A DNA stretch of 34,444 bases from an uncultured Melioribacter sp. (GTDB taxonomy: Bacteria > Bacteroidota > Ignavibacteria > Ignavibacteriales > Melioribacteraceae), in NCBI GenBank assembly GCA_964510975.1, contig CAZEDR010000003.1, positions 1-34,444 of the forward strand. Reading direction: 5' to 3'. Below are positions 25,401 through 34,444 of this stretch, piece by piece. The translations under genes were made by a program, and so were the position numbers. The notes under the pieces are model-generated. The model was not told where the DNA came from, did no database searches, and worked only from the letters and a program-made list of their open reading frames with translations. Numbering within the stretch: the stretch's first letter is position 1; each line of letters begins with the position of its first letter.

Positions 25401-26306
25401 TTAGAATTTCACTTCACCATACATACCAATTTTCAAATAGCCGTCGTTTTTAACTTTTACTTTGATTGCGTAAACTAAATTTGCGCGTTCATCTTTAGTT
25501 TGGATTGTTTTTGGGGTGAACTCTGCTTTTGCGGCAATCCAATAAATTTCTCCGCTCACTTCTTTTTGTTCGCCGTTTCCTTTATCTACATACACCTTTA
25601 CTTTTTGCCCTAGCTTAACTTGCCCAAGCTGATCTCCATTTACATAGGCGCGTAAAGTCATTTCGGATAAATCGGCAATCTTGTAGAGCGCCTTTCCGGT
25701 TGTAACAATTTCATTTTGCTTTGCATATCGGGTCAAAACGGTTCCGTCAACCGGATTCTTTACAATGCTTCTTTCTATTTGATCTTGAATCTGTTCTATC
25801 TGCGCCATTAGCGGAAACGTTTCTCTTTCCAAACCATCTTTTGTAATTGTTAAGCTGGATTTTGTTGCAGCATACTGTTTGTTCAGCACGTCAAGTTGAG
25901 AGTTAATATCATCTTGTTGTTTTGTTGTAGCTGCGTTGGCTTTAACAAGATTTTCTATTCTGCGCTTTTCTATTTCCGCAGTTTCTATTTGCTCTTTAAG
26001 TGCCGCCAGCTGAATCGTAACATCAGGCTGTTTGCTCAGTACGGCTTTAACAGAAGCTTCCAGTTGTTTTTTTCTCAGATAAAGTTGAACAGTATCAACG
26101 ATTGCTGCTACTTCATTTTGCTTCAATTGAGAACCTTCTTCAAAATTGAGCTTAACTATTTTTCCCGTTGCTTCGGACGAGATGATAACTTCTTCAGATT
26201 CGAAAGTTCCTGTTGCATCAAATTTTCCGTTGCCGTTTCCGCAGCCAATCAAGGTTGCGGCTACTAAAGAAACAGCCAAACTTGTTTTGTTAAATATCGC
26301 TTTCAT
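25401..26306 (-). CDS. HlyD-family membrane fusion lipoprotein (YbhG-like)
   Basis: Lipobox LIGC, coiled hairpin and AEFTPKTIQTKDERANLVYAIKV...LKIGMYGEV. Confidence 0.93.
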   Translation of the reverse strand: MKAIFNKTSLAVSLVAATLIGCGNGNGKFDATGTFESEEVIISSEATGKIVKLNFEEGSQLKQNEVAAIVDTVQLYLRKKQLEASVKAVLSKQPDVTIQLAALKEQIETAEIEKRRIENLVKANAATTKQQDDINSQLDVLNKQYAATKSSLTITKDGLERETFPLMAQIEQIQDQIERSIVKNPVDGTVLTRYAKQNEIVTTGKALYKIADLSEMTLRAYVNGDQLGQVKLGQKVKVYVDKGNGEQKEVSGEIYWIAAKAEFTPKTIQTKDERANLVYAIKVKVKNDGYLKIGMYGEVKF

Positions 26307-26331
26307 TTTTATATCTATTATTAATTAGAAA

Positions 26332-27591
26332 TTAGTTTCCTAAAGTTGTTTTGTATGCTTGTTCTGCCAGCATAAGCTGTGCTTTGTGAATCGCCAAATT
26401 TTGTCTGGCTTGATCTTCCGCATTTAACTCGCGAATAAAATCGTTTGATGTGATCACACCGTTTTCAAGCTGAGCCTTTGCCGATAACTTTACACTCTCA
26501 CGTATTTCAATTATCTCTTCATCAACCTTTATTAACTCTTTTAGTTTTTCTATTTCGGTATTTTGCTGTTTCAGTGTTACTTTGGTGTTTAGTAAGAATG
26601 CTTCTTTCTGTGCTTCTACAGATTTCTTATTAAGCTCTATTATTTCACTTTCGTTTCCGTAGGTGTATAAATTTGATGGAGACCAGCTTAAGCGTGCGCC
26701 TGTTATATAAAACCAATCGAAATTATTCTTTAACATATTAAGAGTTGGCTTGCCGTAGCCGCCCTGGAAAAACAAACTTGCTTTAGGTAATATCTTGGCA
26801 AGAGAAAGTCCGCTTTGCTCGTTTATCATTTTTTCTTGCGATGAATAGAGCTTCAATTCCGGGCGGTTAATTTCCTCGTTCATAATTTCTGTTTGATATT
26901 CCGGCAACTGAAGCAAAGTAGTTTCGCTCAGTTTTTCGTTAATGAACATTCCAAGCATTTCCAGATAAGCTGTGCGTGATGATTTTATCTCTATAATTCT
27001 TTGATCCGCTTTTAACTGCTCTGCTTTAAGAACATCTACGTTTGGTTTTGTTGCGGTACCGTTTGCAAAAGCTGCGTTAAGTTTTTCCAGACTTGCTGAT
27101 AAATCTTTTTTCACCAGCTCGGTTTGAATTAGCTGTTCATCCAAAAGAATTATTCCAAAGTATATTTGATTGATTCTCTCTTTAATCCGCAGCAATTCAA
27201 TTTCTATCTTTTGATCGTCTGCTTCGGAGCTTGCTTTCTGAACTTCTGCTTGCGAACTCATTATCCCGCCATCGTAAATTACCTGAGTTACATCTGCAAT
27301 TGCTTTGTACTGATCTTTTGTAAGCGATTCTATTTTTATTCCCGGAAAAGAAATAGGCAAACTTGTTACATCCGATTGATAAGTTGCTTGTCCGCTTATT
27401 GTAATTTGCGGAAGATAGCCCTTCCAAACATTGCTTACGTTATACTCTTTTGTTTTTGCAATATATTCTTTCTGCTTAATCAGCGGATAGTTTGCGCGAG
27501 CTTTCTCATAGCATTCGTTTAGCGTTAGTTTTGGCTGCGCGTTTGCGGCAAAGACTACACTTATCAATAAAACAACTATCGTTTTTTTCAT
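26332..27591 (-). CDS. TolC-family outer membrane protein
   Basis: Signal peptide, ARANYP...YLPQI, and a duplicated OEP helical pattern. Confidence 0.9.
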   Translation of the reverse strand: MKKTIVVLLISVVFAANAQPKLTLNECYEKARANYPLIKQKEYIAKTKEYNVSNVWKGYLPQITISGQATYQSDVTSLPISFPGIKIESLTKDQYKAIADVTQVIYDGGIMSSQAEVQKASSEADDQKIEIELLRIKERINQIYFGIILLDEQLIQTELVKKDLSASLEKLNAAFANGTATKPNVDVLKAEQLKADQRIIEIKSSRTAYLEMLGMFINEKLSETTLLQLPEYQTEIMNEEINRPELKLYSSQEKMINEQSGLSLAKILPKASLFFQGGYGKPTLNMLKNNFDWFYITGARLSWSPSNLYTYGNESEIIELNKKSVEAQKEAFLLNTKVTLKQQNTEIEKLKELIKVDEEIIEIRESVKLSAKAQLENGVITSNDFIRELNAEDQARQNLAIHKAQLMLAEQAYKTTLGN

Positions 27592-27594
27592 ATT

Positions 27595-28197
27595 CTATCT
27601 TTGATTAATTGTGTTATTAAAAACTTCTCTTCCTTTTTCCGTAACAATTCCACCAATAATTATTTTGAAAGCAGATAACGCTGCTTGAAGAATTGAAAAG
27701 TTGTTGTTCAAAATAAACTCCGGATTAACAATTGCTCTAACCGAAGCAACAAGTATGTTCATAATAATCTGTGTTGGATAATCAATAAACAATCCTTCAG
27801 CTTTGCCTTGATCAATTACTTTAGTGAGATTGCCAAACATCATTTCGGTTCTGAAACTATCTATCTCATTCCAAAGAGTGGGAAAGTGCCGCCTCATTTC
27901 TTCAAACATTCTTGGGCTCATTTTTTGAGAAACGCCCGCTAATATCTTCATCAACTCTTCCAGTTTTTCTATCGCGTTTTTATCAGAGTTTAGCGTTGGT
28001 ATTATTTTGCTTTTCATTTTGTTCATAAAGTGTTTAGCTATGCTATGCACCAACTCTTCCTTAGAAGGAAAATATTTGTAAATGGTTTTCTTGCTCATCT
28101 TCAATTCCGAAGCAATATCATCCATTGTAGTTTTGTAAAATCCTTCTCTAAAGAATTTTTCTTCTGTTAAATCAATTACTTTTTCTTTTTCGTCCAC
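27595..28197 (-). CDS. TetR/AcrR family regulator of the ABC operon
   Basis: HTH GFYKTTMDDIASELKMSKKTIYKYFPSKEEL; GTG start with AGAGGA RBS. Confidence 0.93.
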   Translation of the reverse strand: MDEKEKVIDLTEEKFFREGFYKTTMDDIASELKMSKKTIYKYFPSKEELVHSIAKHFMNKMKSKIIPTLNSDKNAIEKLEELMKILAGVSQKMSPRMFEEMRRHFPTLWNEIDSFRTEMMFGNLTKVIDQGKAEGLFIDYPTQIIMNILVASVRAIVNPEFILNNNFSILQAALSAFKIIIGGIVTEKGREVFNNTINQR

Positions 28198-28207
28198 GGC
28201 TTCCTCT

Positions 28208-28287
28208 TGGAAACTATTTTAGTTTTTCTAGTTTCTAAATTAATATATGGAAACTCGTTTGTCAAGCATTGGTTTCCAGAGTTTCCA
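28208..28287 (-). promoter_or_regulatory. ABC operon promoter with GGAAACT-type operator half-sites
   Basis: Minus-strand TTGACA (28265-28260)-N17-TAATTTAG. Six GGAAACT/AGTTTCC-like heptamers at 28209, 28221, 28230, 28249, 28271 and 28280. Confidence 0.65.
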
Positions 28288-28306
28288 AATTATTTTAATT
28301 ATGCTG

Positions 28307-28335
28307 TTGACTTTGTGAACAGCGTTCATTATTGT
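28307..28335 (+). promoter_or_regulatory. RND operon promoter with a palindromic operator in the spacer
   Basis: TTGACT-N17-TATTGT, with TGAAC-AGC-GTTCA at 28316-28328. Confidence 0.7.
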
Positions 28336-28358
28336 TGGGCTGTAAAAATTTGTGGTAT

Positions 28359-28976
28359 ATGGGAATCTCGGAACGAAGAGAAAAAGAAAAGAAAGAAATG
28401 AAGCAAGCCATTCTTGATGCTGCTATGGCTCTCTTTATTGAAGACGGTTATGATTCGGTCTCTATTCGCAAAATAGCAGATCGAATTGAGTACAGTCCTT
28501 CCACTATTTATCTCTACTTTGAAGACAAAGACGCAATTTTTTTCGAACTTCATAATATTGGATTTACCGAGTTATATAGCCATCAAATGGAAACCCAAAA
28601 CATTGCCGATCCTAAAGAGCGCTTAATTGCACATGGGCGCGCCTATTTAAATTTTGCTTTAGAACATACTCAATATTACGATTTAATGTTTATTTCCAGA
28701 GCTCCCGGTGTAACAATTAAGAAGTTCAACCATTGGGAATGCGGCGACCGCTCTTACGATTTATTGAGAAAAAATATCGTTGAGTGTAAAGAAGCCGGTT
28801 ACTTTAAAGACATGGATTTAGATGCAGTGTCGTTTGTATTTTGGTCTACTGTACATGGAATGGTTTCGCTACATATTAGGAATAGATTGCTTCTTTTTGA
28901 TGTTGAAGGAAATGGCTTAGGTGTGTCGGCTATCTTTGAGCAATCATTAAACGTTTTAAACACCTTTATAAGCTAA
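28359..28976 (+). CDS. TetR/AcrR family regulator (WHG-like C-domain) of the RND operon
   Basis: MGISERREKEK...SIRKIADRIEYSPSTIYLYFEDK...WSTVHG. ATG 28359 preferred over TTG 28332, which lies in the -10 box. Confidence 0.93.
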   Translation: MGISERREKEKKEMKQAILDAAMALFIEDGYDSVSIRKIADRIEYSPSTIYLYFEDKDAIFFELHNIGFTELYSHQMETQNIADPKERLIAHGRAYLNFALEHTQYYDLMFISRAPGVTIKKFNHWECGDRSYDLLRKNIVECKEAGYFKDMDLDAVSFVFWSTVHGMVSLHIRNRLLLFDVEGNGLGVSAIFEQSLNVLNTFIS

Positions 28977-28993
28977 AAAAATTTGCCTCTTTG

Positions 28994-29025
28994 GTGAACA
29001 CCGTACATATTTTTAATAACGTTTA
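28994..29025. promoter_or_regulatory. second TetR operator upstream of tolC
   Basis: GTGAACACCGTACAT matches GTGAACAGCGTTCAT (28315) at 13/15 positions. A weaker copy, TTAATAACGTTTA, lies at 29013. Confidence 0.65.
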
Positions 29026-29042
29026 TTATAAGTGGAGTATTA

Positions 29043-30398
29043 ATGAATCGATCAATTATTATAGCGCTGGTGGCGCTCATGCTTTTTTCGGCGTTTAATT
29101 TTGCTCAGCAAAGTTCTGTTCTTAATGATTACGTCAAAGAAGGATTAAAAAACAATATTGTTCTTCAGCAGAAAAAAATATCTTTCGAAAAAGCTGAATA
29201 CGCATTAAAGTCTGCAACAAGTTTGTTTTTTCCATCTGTCTCGTTGACTGCAGGTTATACACATGGGGAAGGAGGAAGAAGTATTTCTATTCCGGTCGGT
29301 GATTTAATGAATCCGGTTTATCAAACGTTAAATCAGCTAACAAACTCCAATAGCTTTCCACAGATTCAAAACGTTGAGGAGAGTTTTTTCCCGAATAAAT
29401 TTTACGATGCCAAAATTAGAGCTTCCATGCCTCTGCTTAATACAGATATAATTTTTAACCGTCAAATTCAAAAAGGGCAATTGCAGATTAAAGAGTACGA
29501 AGTTGAGATGTATAAAAAAGAATTAGTGAAAGAAATAAAAACTGCTTACTACAACTATTTAAGTTCTCTAGACGCGGTAAAGATTTACGGCTCTACCATG
29601 GAACTTACTAAAGAAGCAAAACGCATTAATGAATCTTTGCTAAAAAACGGTTCCGGTTTACAAGTACATGTACTTCGTGCAGAAAGTGAAATGGAAAATT
29701 TGAAAGCGCAATTACTTGAAGCGGAAACAAAATCAGAAAGCGCGAAAAAATATTTCAACTTTTTGTTGAATAAGAATCTTGACTCGCCCGTCAATATTGC
29801 AACCAACTTTGATGAACTTGAATCACCGAACTCTGAAAACGATCTGCTGACCGTTCGAGAGGAAATCAAAATGCTTAATCAAGTAGTAGAAATAAACGAA
29901 TCTCTGCTGAACATGAATAAATTCTTTTGGATTCCGAAGATTAGCGGATTTGTTGATCTCGGCGCTCAAGACAGCAATTGGAAATACAATCAGAAGTCGC
30001 GGTACCATTTATTTGGAATTCAACTCGAAGTTCCTCTCTTCGAAGGATTCCGTAACAGTAATAAGATAGAATCTGCCGAGCTGGATTTACAAGATGCAAA
30101 GCTAGAACTGCAAAAGACTACAAGCGCGTTTTCTCTTGCTATATCAATCGCCATAGACGAATTAAAAACCGCAAAGCAAAATTATATCTCCGCACAAAAA
30201 CAACTTGGAACAGCTCAGAACTATAATAAGCTGATAGACAAAGGTTATCTGGAAGGTGTTAATTCATTCATAGAAACCGTTGACGCAAGAAACCAGCTTA
30301 CATCTGCTCTGCTGCTGGTGAATATTAACAAATTAAAAATGCTTGTTGCTCTTGCTAATTATGAAAGAGAAACGTCGTCAATAAAAATTAATAATTAA
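29043..30398 (+). CDS. TolC-family outer membrane protein
   Basis: Signal peptide, GLKNN...FFPSVSL, VPLFEG and OEP repeats. Confidence 0.9.
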   Translation: MNRSIIIALVALMLFSAFNFAQQSSVLNDYVKEGLKNNIVLQQKKISFEKAEYALKSATSLFFPSVSLTAGYTHGEGGRSISIPVGDLMNPVYQTLNQLTNSNSFPQIQNVEESFFPNKFYDAKIRASMPLLNTDIIFNRQIQKGQLQIKEYEVEMYKKELVKEIKTAYYNYLSSLDAVKIYGSTMELTKEAKRINESLLKNGSGLQVHVLRAESEMENLKAQLLEAETKSESAKKYFNFLLNKNLDSPVNIATNFDELESPNSENDLLTVREEIKMLNQVVEINESLLNMNKFFWIPKISGFVDLGAQDSNWKYNQKSRYHLFGIQLEVPLFEGFRNSNKIESAELDLQDAKLELQKTTSAFSLAISIAIDELKTAKQNYISAQKQLGTAQNYNKLIDKGYLEGVNSFIETVDARNQLTSALLLVNINKLKMLVALANYERETSSIKINN

Positions 30399-30411
30399 TG
30401 TAAGGTTAGAA

Positions 30412-31458
30412 ATGAAAAAGATATTAAGCATACTAACAATTGTTTTAGCTCTCTTGGTTGCTGCTTGCGGCGGCAACGAAAAAGAAACCGGCTTGATTGA
30501 TAAAGAAACAATACCAGTAAAAGTAATTTCGTTAAACAAAGAATTTGTTTCTCGTTCCATATCCGCATCCGGTCAGTTTACTACAGACGATGAAGCATAT
30601 CTCTCATTTAAAACCGGTGGTGTTATTAGTAAAATCTTTGTTAGAGAAGGAGATGCAATTAAAAAAGGGCAGTTGCTGGCAACTTTGAATCTGGGAGAAA
30701 TAGACGCAATGGTTCAACAAGCAAAAGCCGGTTATGAAAAATCCCTAAGAGATTATAACCGTGCGGCTAACTTATACAAAGACAGCGTTGCAACTCTTGA
30801 ACAATTTCAAAATTCCAAAACGGCACTGGATGTTGCTGCAAAGCAGTTGAACATCGCCGAGTTCAATCTTAAGTTCTCCGAAATACGCGCGCTTGAAAAC
30901 GGATTTGTTCTAAAAAAGTTTGTAGGCGAAGGGCAAATGGTTTCGCCGGGAATGCCGGTTATTCAAATTAACGGGGCAAGTAATGGAAATTGGTTTCTTA
31001 AAGTAACTTTGAGCGATAAAGAATGGGCAACGATTAAACAAAACGACAAAGCAGAGGTTGAGATAGACGCATATCCGGGAAATAAATTTTCTGCCTTCGT
31101 ATTCCGTAAATCGGAAGGTGTTGATCCTTACACCGGGACATTTTCAGTTGACTTAAAAATTACTTCGCTTGCTTCAGCAAAAATTGCCAGCGGTTTGTTT
31201 GGCAAAGCAAGAATTACTCCTTCGCAAAAACTAATCTTGTGGCAAATTCCTTTTGATGCACTGCTAGACGGCGACGGGAACAGCGGTTACGTTTTTATAA
31301 CAAACGATAACACAACAGCAAAAAAAGTAAAGGTAACTATTGCCGAGATTGAAAAAGACAAAGTGCTAATCACCGCCGGTTTGGAAAACGCTGGTTCGTT
31401 AATCGTTTCCGGAAGCGCTTACTTAAATGATAATTCAAAAATTAGAATTGTTAATTAG
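30412..31458 (+). CDS. RND efflux periplasmic adaptor subunit (lipoprotein)
   Basis: Lipobox VAAC and lipoyl-like LSFKTGGVISKIFVREGDAIKKGQLLA. Confidence 0.92.
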   Translation: MKKILSILTIVLALLVAACGGNEKETGLIDKETIPVKVISLNKEFVSRSISASGQFTTDDEAYLSFKTGGVISKIFVREGDAIKKGQLLATLNLGEIDAMVQQAKAGYEKSLRDYNRAANLYKDSVATLEQFQNSKTALDVAAKQLNIAEFNLKFSEIRALENGFVLKKFVGEGQMVSPGMPVIQINGASNGNWFLKVTLSDKEWATIKQNDKAEVEIDAYPGNKFSAFVFRKSEGVDPYTGTFSVDLKITSLASAKIASGLFGKARITPSQKLILWQIPFDALLDGDGNSGYVFITNDNTTAKKVKVTIAEIEKDKVLITAGLENAGSLIVSGSAYLNDNSKIRIVN

Positions 31459-31466
31459 GACTAGCC

Positions 31467-34444
31467 ATGAAAATATCAGAATACGCTGTAAAGAATTTTC
31501 AGTTCACGTTAATAATATTTGTAATGATAATTGTACTGGGATTAACAACAATTCTAAATATGCCAAGAGCCGAAGATCCGGAGCTAAGCTCACCGGAGTT
31601 TCCGGTAATTGTTGTTTATCCCGGAACAAGCCCGAAAGACATGGAAGAATTAGTAGTTGATCCTCTCGAAGCAAAACTATCGGCTCTTGAAGGAATCAAA
31701 AATGTAATGAGCAGCATCAGCGACGGACTTGCGGTAATTTGGGTTGTATATAAACATGAATATGATGTAGATGAAAAATACCAGGAGGTTGTTCGTGAAG
31801 TAAATAATACGCGCAATCAGCTTCCGTCTGATATATATAGCATAGAAATACAGAAGTGGCTTCCATCGAATGTTAACGTAATACAATCTGCTCTTGTTTC
31901 GGAAAATGCCTCTTATGAGAAGCTGAAAAAGTATGCCGAGAATTTTAAGGAATCTCTAGAACAGCTTCCGCAACTCAAGAATGTTGAAATTCATGGACTT
32001 CCAAACAAACAAGTGCGTGTTGAATTAGCGTTTGATAAAATGGCACAGATGCACGTTCCGCTTGATGCCGTATTGGGAATCATCCAGAGTGAATCCATTA
32101 ATATACCGGGCGGAAGTATAGATGCGGGAAATAAAACTTTCAATATTCAAACCAGCGGAAACTATAAAAGCGTCGATGAAATAAAAAATACAATCGTTTA
32201 TTCTTATAACGGGAAAAACATTTCACTAAAAGACATCGCAAATGTTTATTCAGATTTCGAAAAAGAAAATTACATTACTAGAATGAACGGTCATCGCGCA
32301 CTGTTTGTTGTAGCGGCTCAAAAGCCGGGAGAAAATATTTCCGCCACTCAAAAGGTATATCTTCCGGTAATAGAGAAATTCAAATCCGCTTTACCTTCCA
32401 ACATAGCTTTTATTCACAATTTTGATCAAGCCGATAATGTTAACAACCGGTTGGGCGGTTTAGGTCTGGATTTTATTATCGCTATCGCTCTTGTTGCTAT
32501 TACACTTTTGCCTCTTGGCGGCAGAGCCTCATTAATAGTTATGATTTCCATCCCGCTCTCTTTATCGATTGGAATTATTTTAATGAACGCGCTTGGATTT
32601 ACTCTTAACCAACTAAGCATTGTAGGATTAGTTGTAGCGCTCGGTCTTCTGGTTGATGACAGTATTGTTGTTGTCGAAAACATCGAACGGTGGATGAGAG
32701 AAGGTTACTCAAGAATAGAGGCAACTGTAAAAGCTACACATCAAATTACGCTTGCAGTAATTGGTTGCACGGCAACATTAATAATCGCTTTTTTGCCCCT
32801 TGTTTTTTTGCCCGGTTCTTCCGGAGATTTTATTAGAAGCCTCCCGATGGGAGTTATCACAAGCGTTTTAGCTTCTATGCTAGTTTCTCTAACGATTATT
32901 CCGTTTTTAACAAGCAGAATTTTGAAAGAGCACGGCGGAAATCCGGAGGGAAATATTTTCTTGCGCGGCTTAAAAAAATTAATCCATAAGAGTTATGCGC
33001 GTTTATTAGATAAAGCATTAACCAAACCGGTGGTTACTATTATTGTAGCTGTTGTAATTTTTGTAGGTTCATTAATGCTTTTTCCTGTTATAGGTTTTAG
33101 TTTGTTTCCGGCTTCGGAAAAACCACAATTTATGATTGAGATAACAACACCGCTTCAATCCAACATAAATTATACAAACGAAGTTGCTAAAAAAATTGAA
33201 CGCGAATTAAAAACAATCTCCGAGATTAAATTCTTTGCATCCAACGTAGGAAAAGGAAATCCTCAGATTTATTACAACGAGCTGCAAGAGAACGAAAGAG
33301 CAGACTATGCTCAGATATTTGTTCAGTTGGAAGAACACACAAGCGCAAAAAGAAAACTTGCGTTAATTGATGAACTCCGGAAGAAATGGACTCCGTACGA
33401 AGGCGCAAAAGTACTCGTTAAAGATTTTGAGCAAGGTCCGCCGGTTGTTGCTCCAGTTGAGGTAAGACTGTTCGGAGAAAATTTAGACTCATTAAGAACT
33501 CTCGCGGCGAAGATTGAAACTTTGTTAAAGAATACCGAAGGAACGATATATGTTAATAACCCGGTGAGCAATCTGAAGTCTGATATTCATGTTGAAATAA
33601 ACAAAGAAAAGGCTGCTATGCTTGGTATTCCCGTTGTTAACATAGATAAAACCGTTAGGCTTGCAGTTTCCGGGTTTGAAGTCGGCAAGATGACAGATGA
33701 TGCCGGCGATAATTATAAGATTGTTATAACCAAAGAAAAGAAGAACATTACTTCAATGGACGCATTTGATAATCTTTTTGTAAACAATCTTCAAGGAACT
33801 GCAATACCGTTAACACAGGTTGCTTCGTTTCATCTGGAATCATCTCCGCTCACAATTAATCATAAAGATAAAATTAGAACCGTTTCAGTAAGCGCTTTTG
33901 TTAAAAAAGGTTATTTAAGCAACAACATAAATAGAGCAGTAATTGAAAAAATGGAGAACATAGTATTTTCTGCCGGTTATCATTACGAAATGGGCGGTGA
34001 GTTGGAATCCCAGAAAGAATCGTTTGGCGGATTTTCATCTGTAATTGTTATAACCCTATTTTTATTCATTGCTGTTCTCATTTTAGAATTCAAAACTTTC
34101 AAAAGCACTTTGATTGTTTTATCAGTAATTCCTCTTGGAGTTGTTGGCGCGGTCTTAGCTTTATTGCTAACCGGTAATTCATTGTCGTTTGTAGCTGTTA
34201 TTGGTTTAATAGCTCTTGCCGGTATCGAAGTAAAGAATACAATATTGCTTGTTGACTTTACAAATCAATTGAGACAGCAGGGGAAAACAATAGAAGAAGC
34301 AATTAGAGAAGCAGGTGAAGTTAGATTTCTTCCTATCATTCTAACATCACTTACTGCTATTGGAGGATTAATGCCTATTGCGCTTTCAACTAATCCGATG
34401 ATTTCTCCTCTCGCAATTGTCTTAATAGGCGGATTGATAAGCTC
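31467..34444 (+). CDS. RND efflux transporter permease (AcrB/AcrD/AcrF family), 3' truncated by window
   Basis: Absent from the ORF track because no stop falls in the window. Starts MKISEYAVKN; in-frame GLLVDDSIVVVENIER (DD at 32655-32660), GIEVKNTILLVDF (34221) and RFLPIILTSLT. Confidence 0.95.
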   Translation, partial: MKISEYAVKNFQFTLIIFVMIIVLGLTTILNMPRAEDPELSSPEFPVIVVYPGTSPKDMEELVVDPLEAKLSALEGIKNVMSSISDGLAVIWVVYKHEYDVDEKYQEVVREVNNTRNQLPSDIYSIEIQKWLPSNVNVIQSALVSENASYEKLKKYAENFKESLEQLPQLKNVEIHGLPNKQVRVELAFDKMAQMHVPLDAVLGIIQSESINIPGGSIDAGNKTFNIQTSGNYKSVDEIKNTIVYSYNGKNISLKDIANVYSDFEKENYITRMNGHRALFVVAAQKPGENISATQKVYLPVIEKFKSALPSNIAFIHNFDQADNVNNRLGGLGLDFIIAIALVAITLLPLGGRASLIVMISIPLSLSIGIILMNALGFTLNQLSIVGLVVALGLLVDDSIVVVENIERWMREGYSRIEATVKATHQITLAVIGCTATLIIAFLPLVFLPGSSGDFIRSLPMGVITSVLASMLVSLTIIPFLTSRILKEHGGNPEGNIFLRGLKKLIHKSYARLLDKALTKPVVTIIVAVVIFVGSLMLFPVIGFSLFPASEKPQFMIEITTPLQSNINYTNEVAKKIERELKTISEIKFFASNVGKGNPQIYYNELQENERADYAQIFVQLEEHTSAKRKLALIDELRKKWTPYEGAKVLVKDFEQGPPVVAPVEVRLFGENLDSLRTLAAKIETLLKNTEGTIYVNNPVSNLKSDIHVEINKEKAAMLGIPVVNIDKTVRLAVSGFEVGKMTDDAGDNYKIVITKEKKNITSMDAFDNLFVNNLQGTAIPLTQVASFHLESSPLTINHKDKIRTVSVSAFVKKGYLSNNINRAVIEKMENIVFSAGYHYEMGGELESQKESFGGFSSVIVITLFLFIAVLILEFKTFKSTLIVLSVIPLGVVGAVLALLLTGNSLSFVAVIGLIALAGIEVKNTILLVDFTNQLRQQGKTIEEAIREAGEVRFLPIILTSLTAIGGLMPIALSTNPMISPLAIVLIGGLIS

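Noticed and set aside
556-33571. Many 60-143 aa antisense or alternate-frame ORFs in the track (e.g. 851-1210, 24110-24541, 25896-26267, 32426-32683)
   Set aside because: They lie within or largely overlap well-supported genes and show no recognisable motifs; treated as shadow ORFs.
1-34444. CRISPR array, prophage, IS element, rRNA or tRNA
   Set aside because: No repeat-spacer periodicity, no phage, integrase or transposase ORFs, and no intergenic gap with such RNA motifs was seen.

Overview
AT-rich bacterial chromosomal window that looks like Ignavibacteriota/FCB group. This is inferred from the 'QNYPNPFNPET...SSGIYFY' secretion tail, the DUF4252 and DUF5916 genes, and TAnnTTTG-type promoter elements. 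Gene order, first part: 3' end of trmB; an SPFH gene, two tandem Tubby-C/LURP-one-like paralogs and an Arc-type regulator; an unknown secreted His-motif protein and a CpdB-like nucleotidase; pcuAC and sco; a secreted DNase I-like EEP protein, a degenerate methyltransferase and rlmD. Middle: rpmH-rnpA-yidD-yidC with no dnaA upstream; a patatin-POTRA-Omp85 protein; a VOC / PD-(D/E)XK nuclease / TPR operon; ECF sigma, anti-sigma and DUF4252; a CBM9-DUF5916 protein. End: two back-to-back TetR-controlled efflux operons (ABC-2 type, and RND type truncated at the window end). No rRNA, tRNA, CRISPR array or transposase was seen. The most interesting signals are: (i) the SPFH operon carrying two scramblase-fold-like paralogs, with a visible 11-bp-periodic operator; (ii) an orphan Hjc-like PD-(D/E)XK nuclease; (iii) an uncharacterised His-motif domain next to a nucleotidase; (iv) at least four unrelated families of short repeats or hairpins at gene junctions, two of them absorbed into protein sequence; (v) a GC-rich structured island upstream of rpmH. 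All family assignments come from motif recognition by eye, not from database searches.
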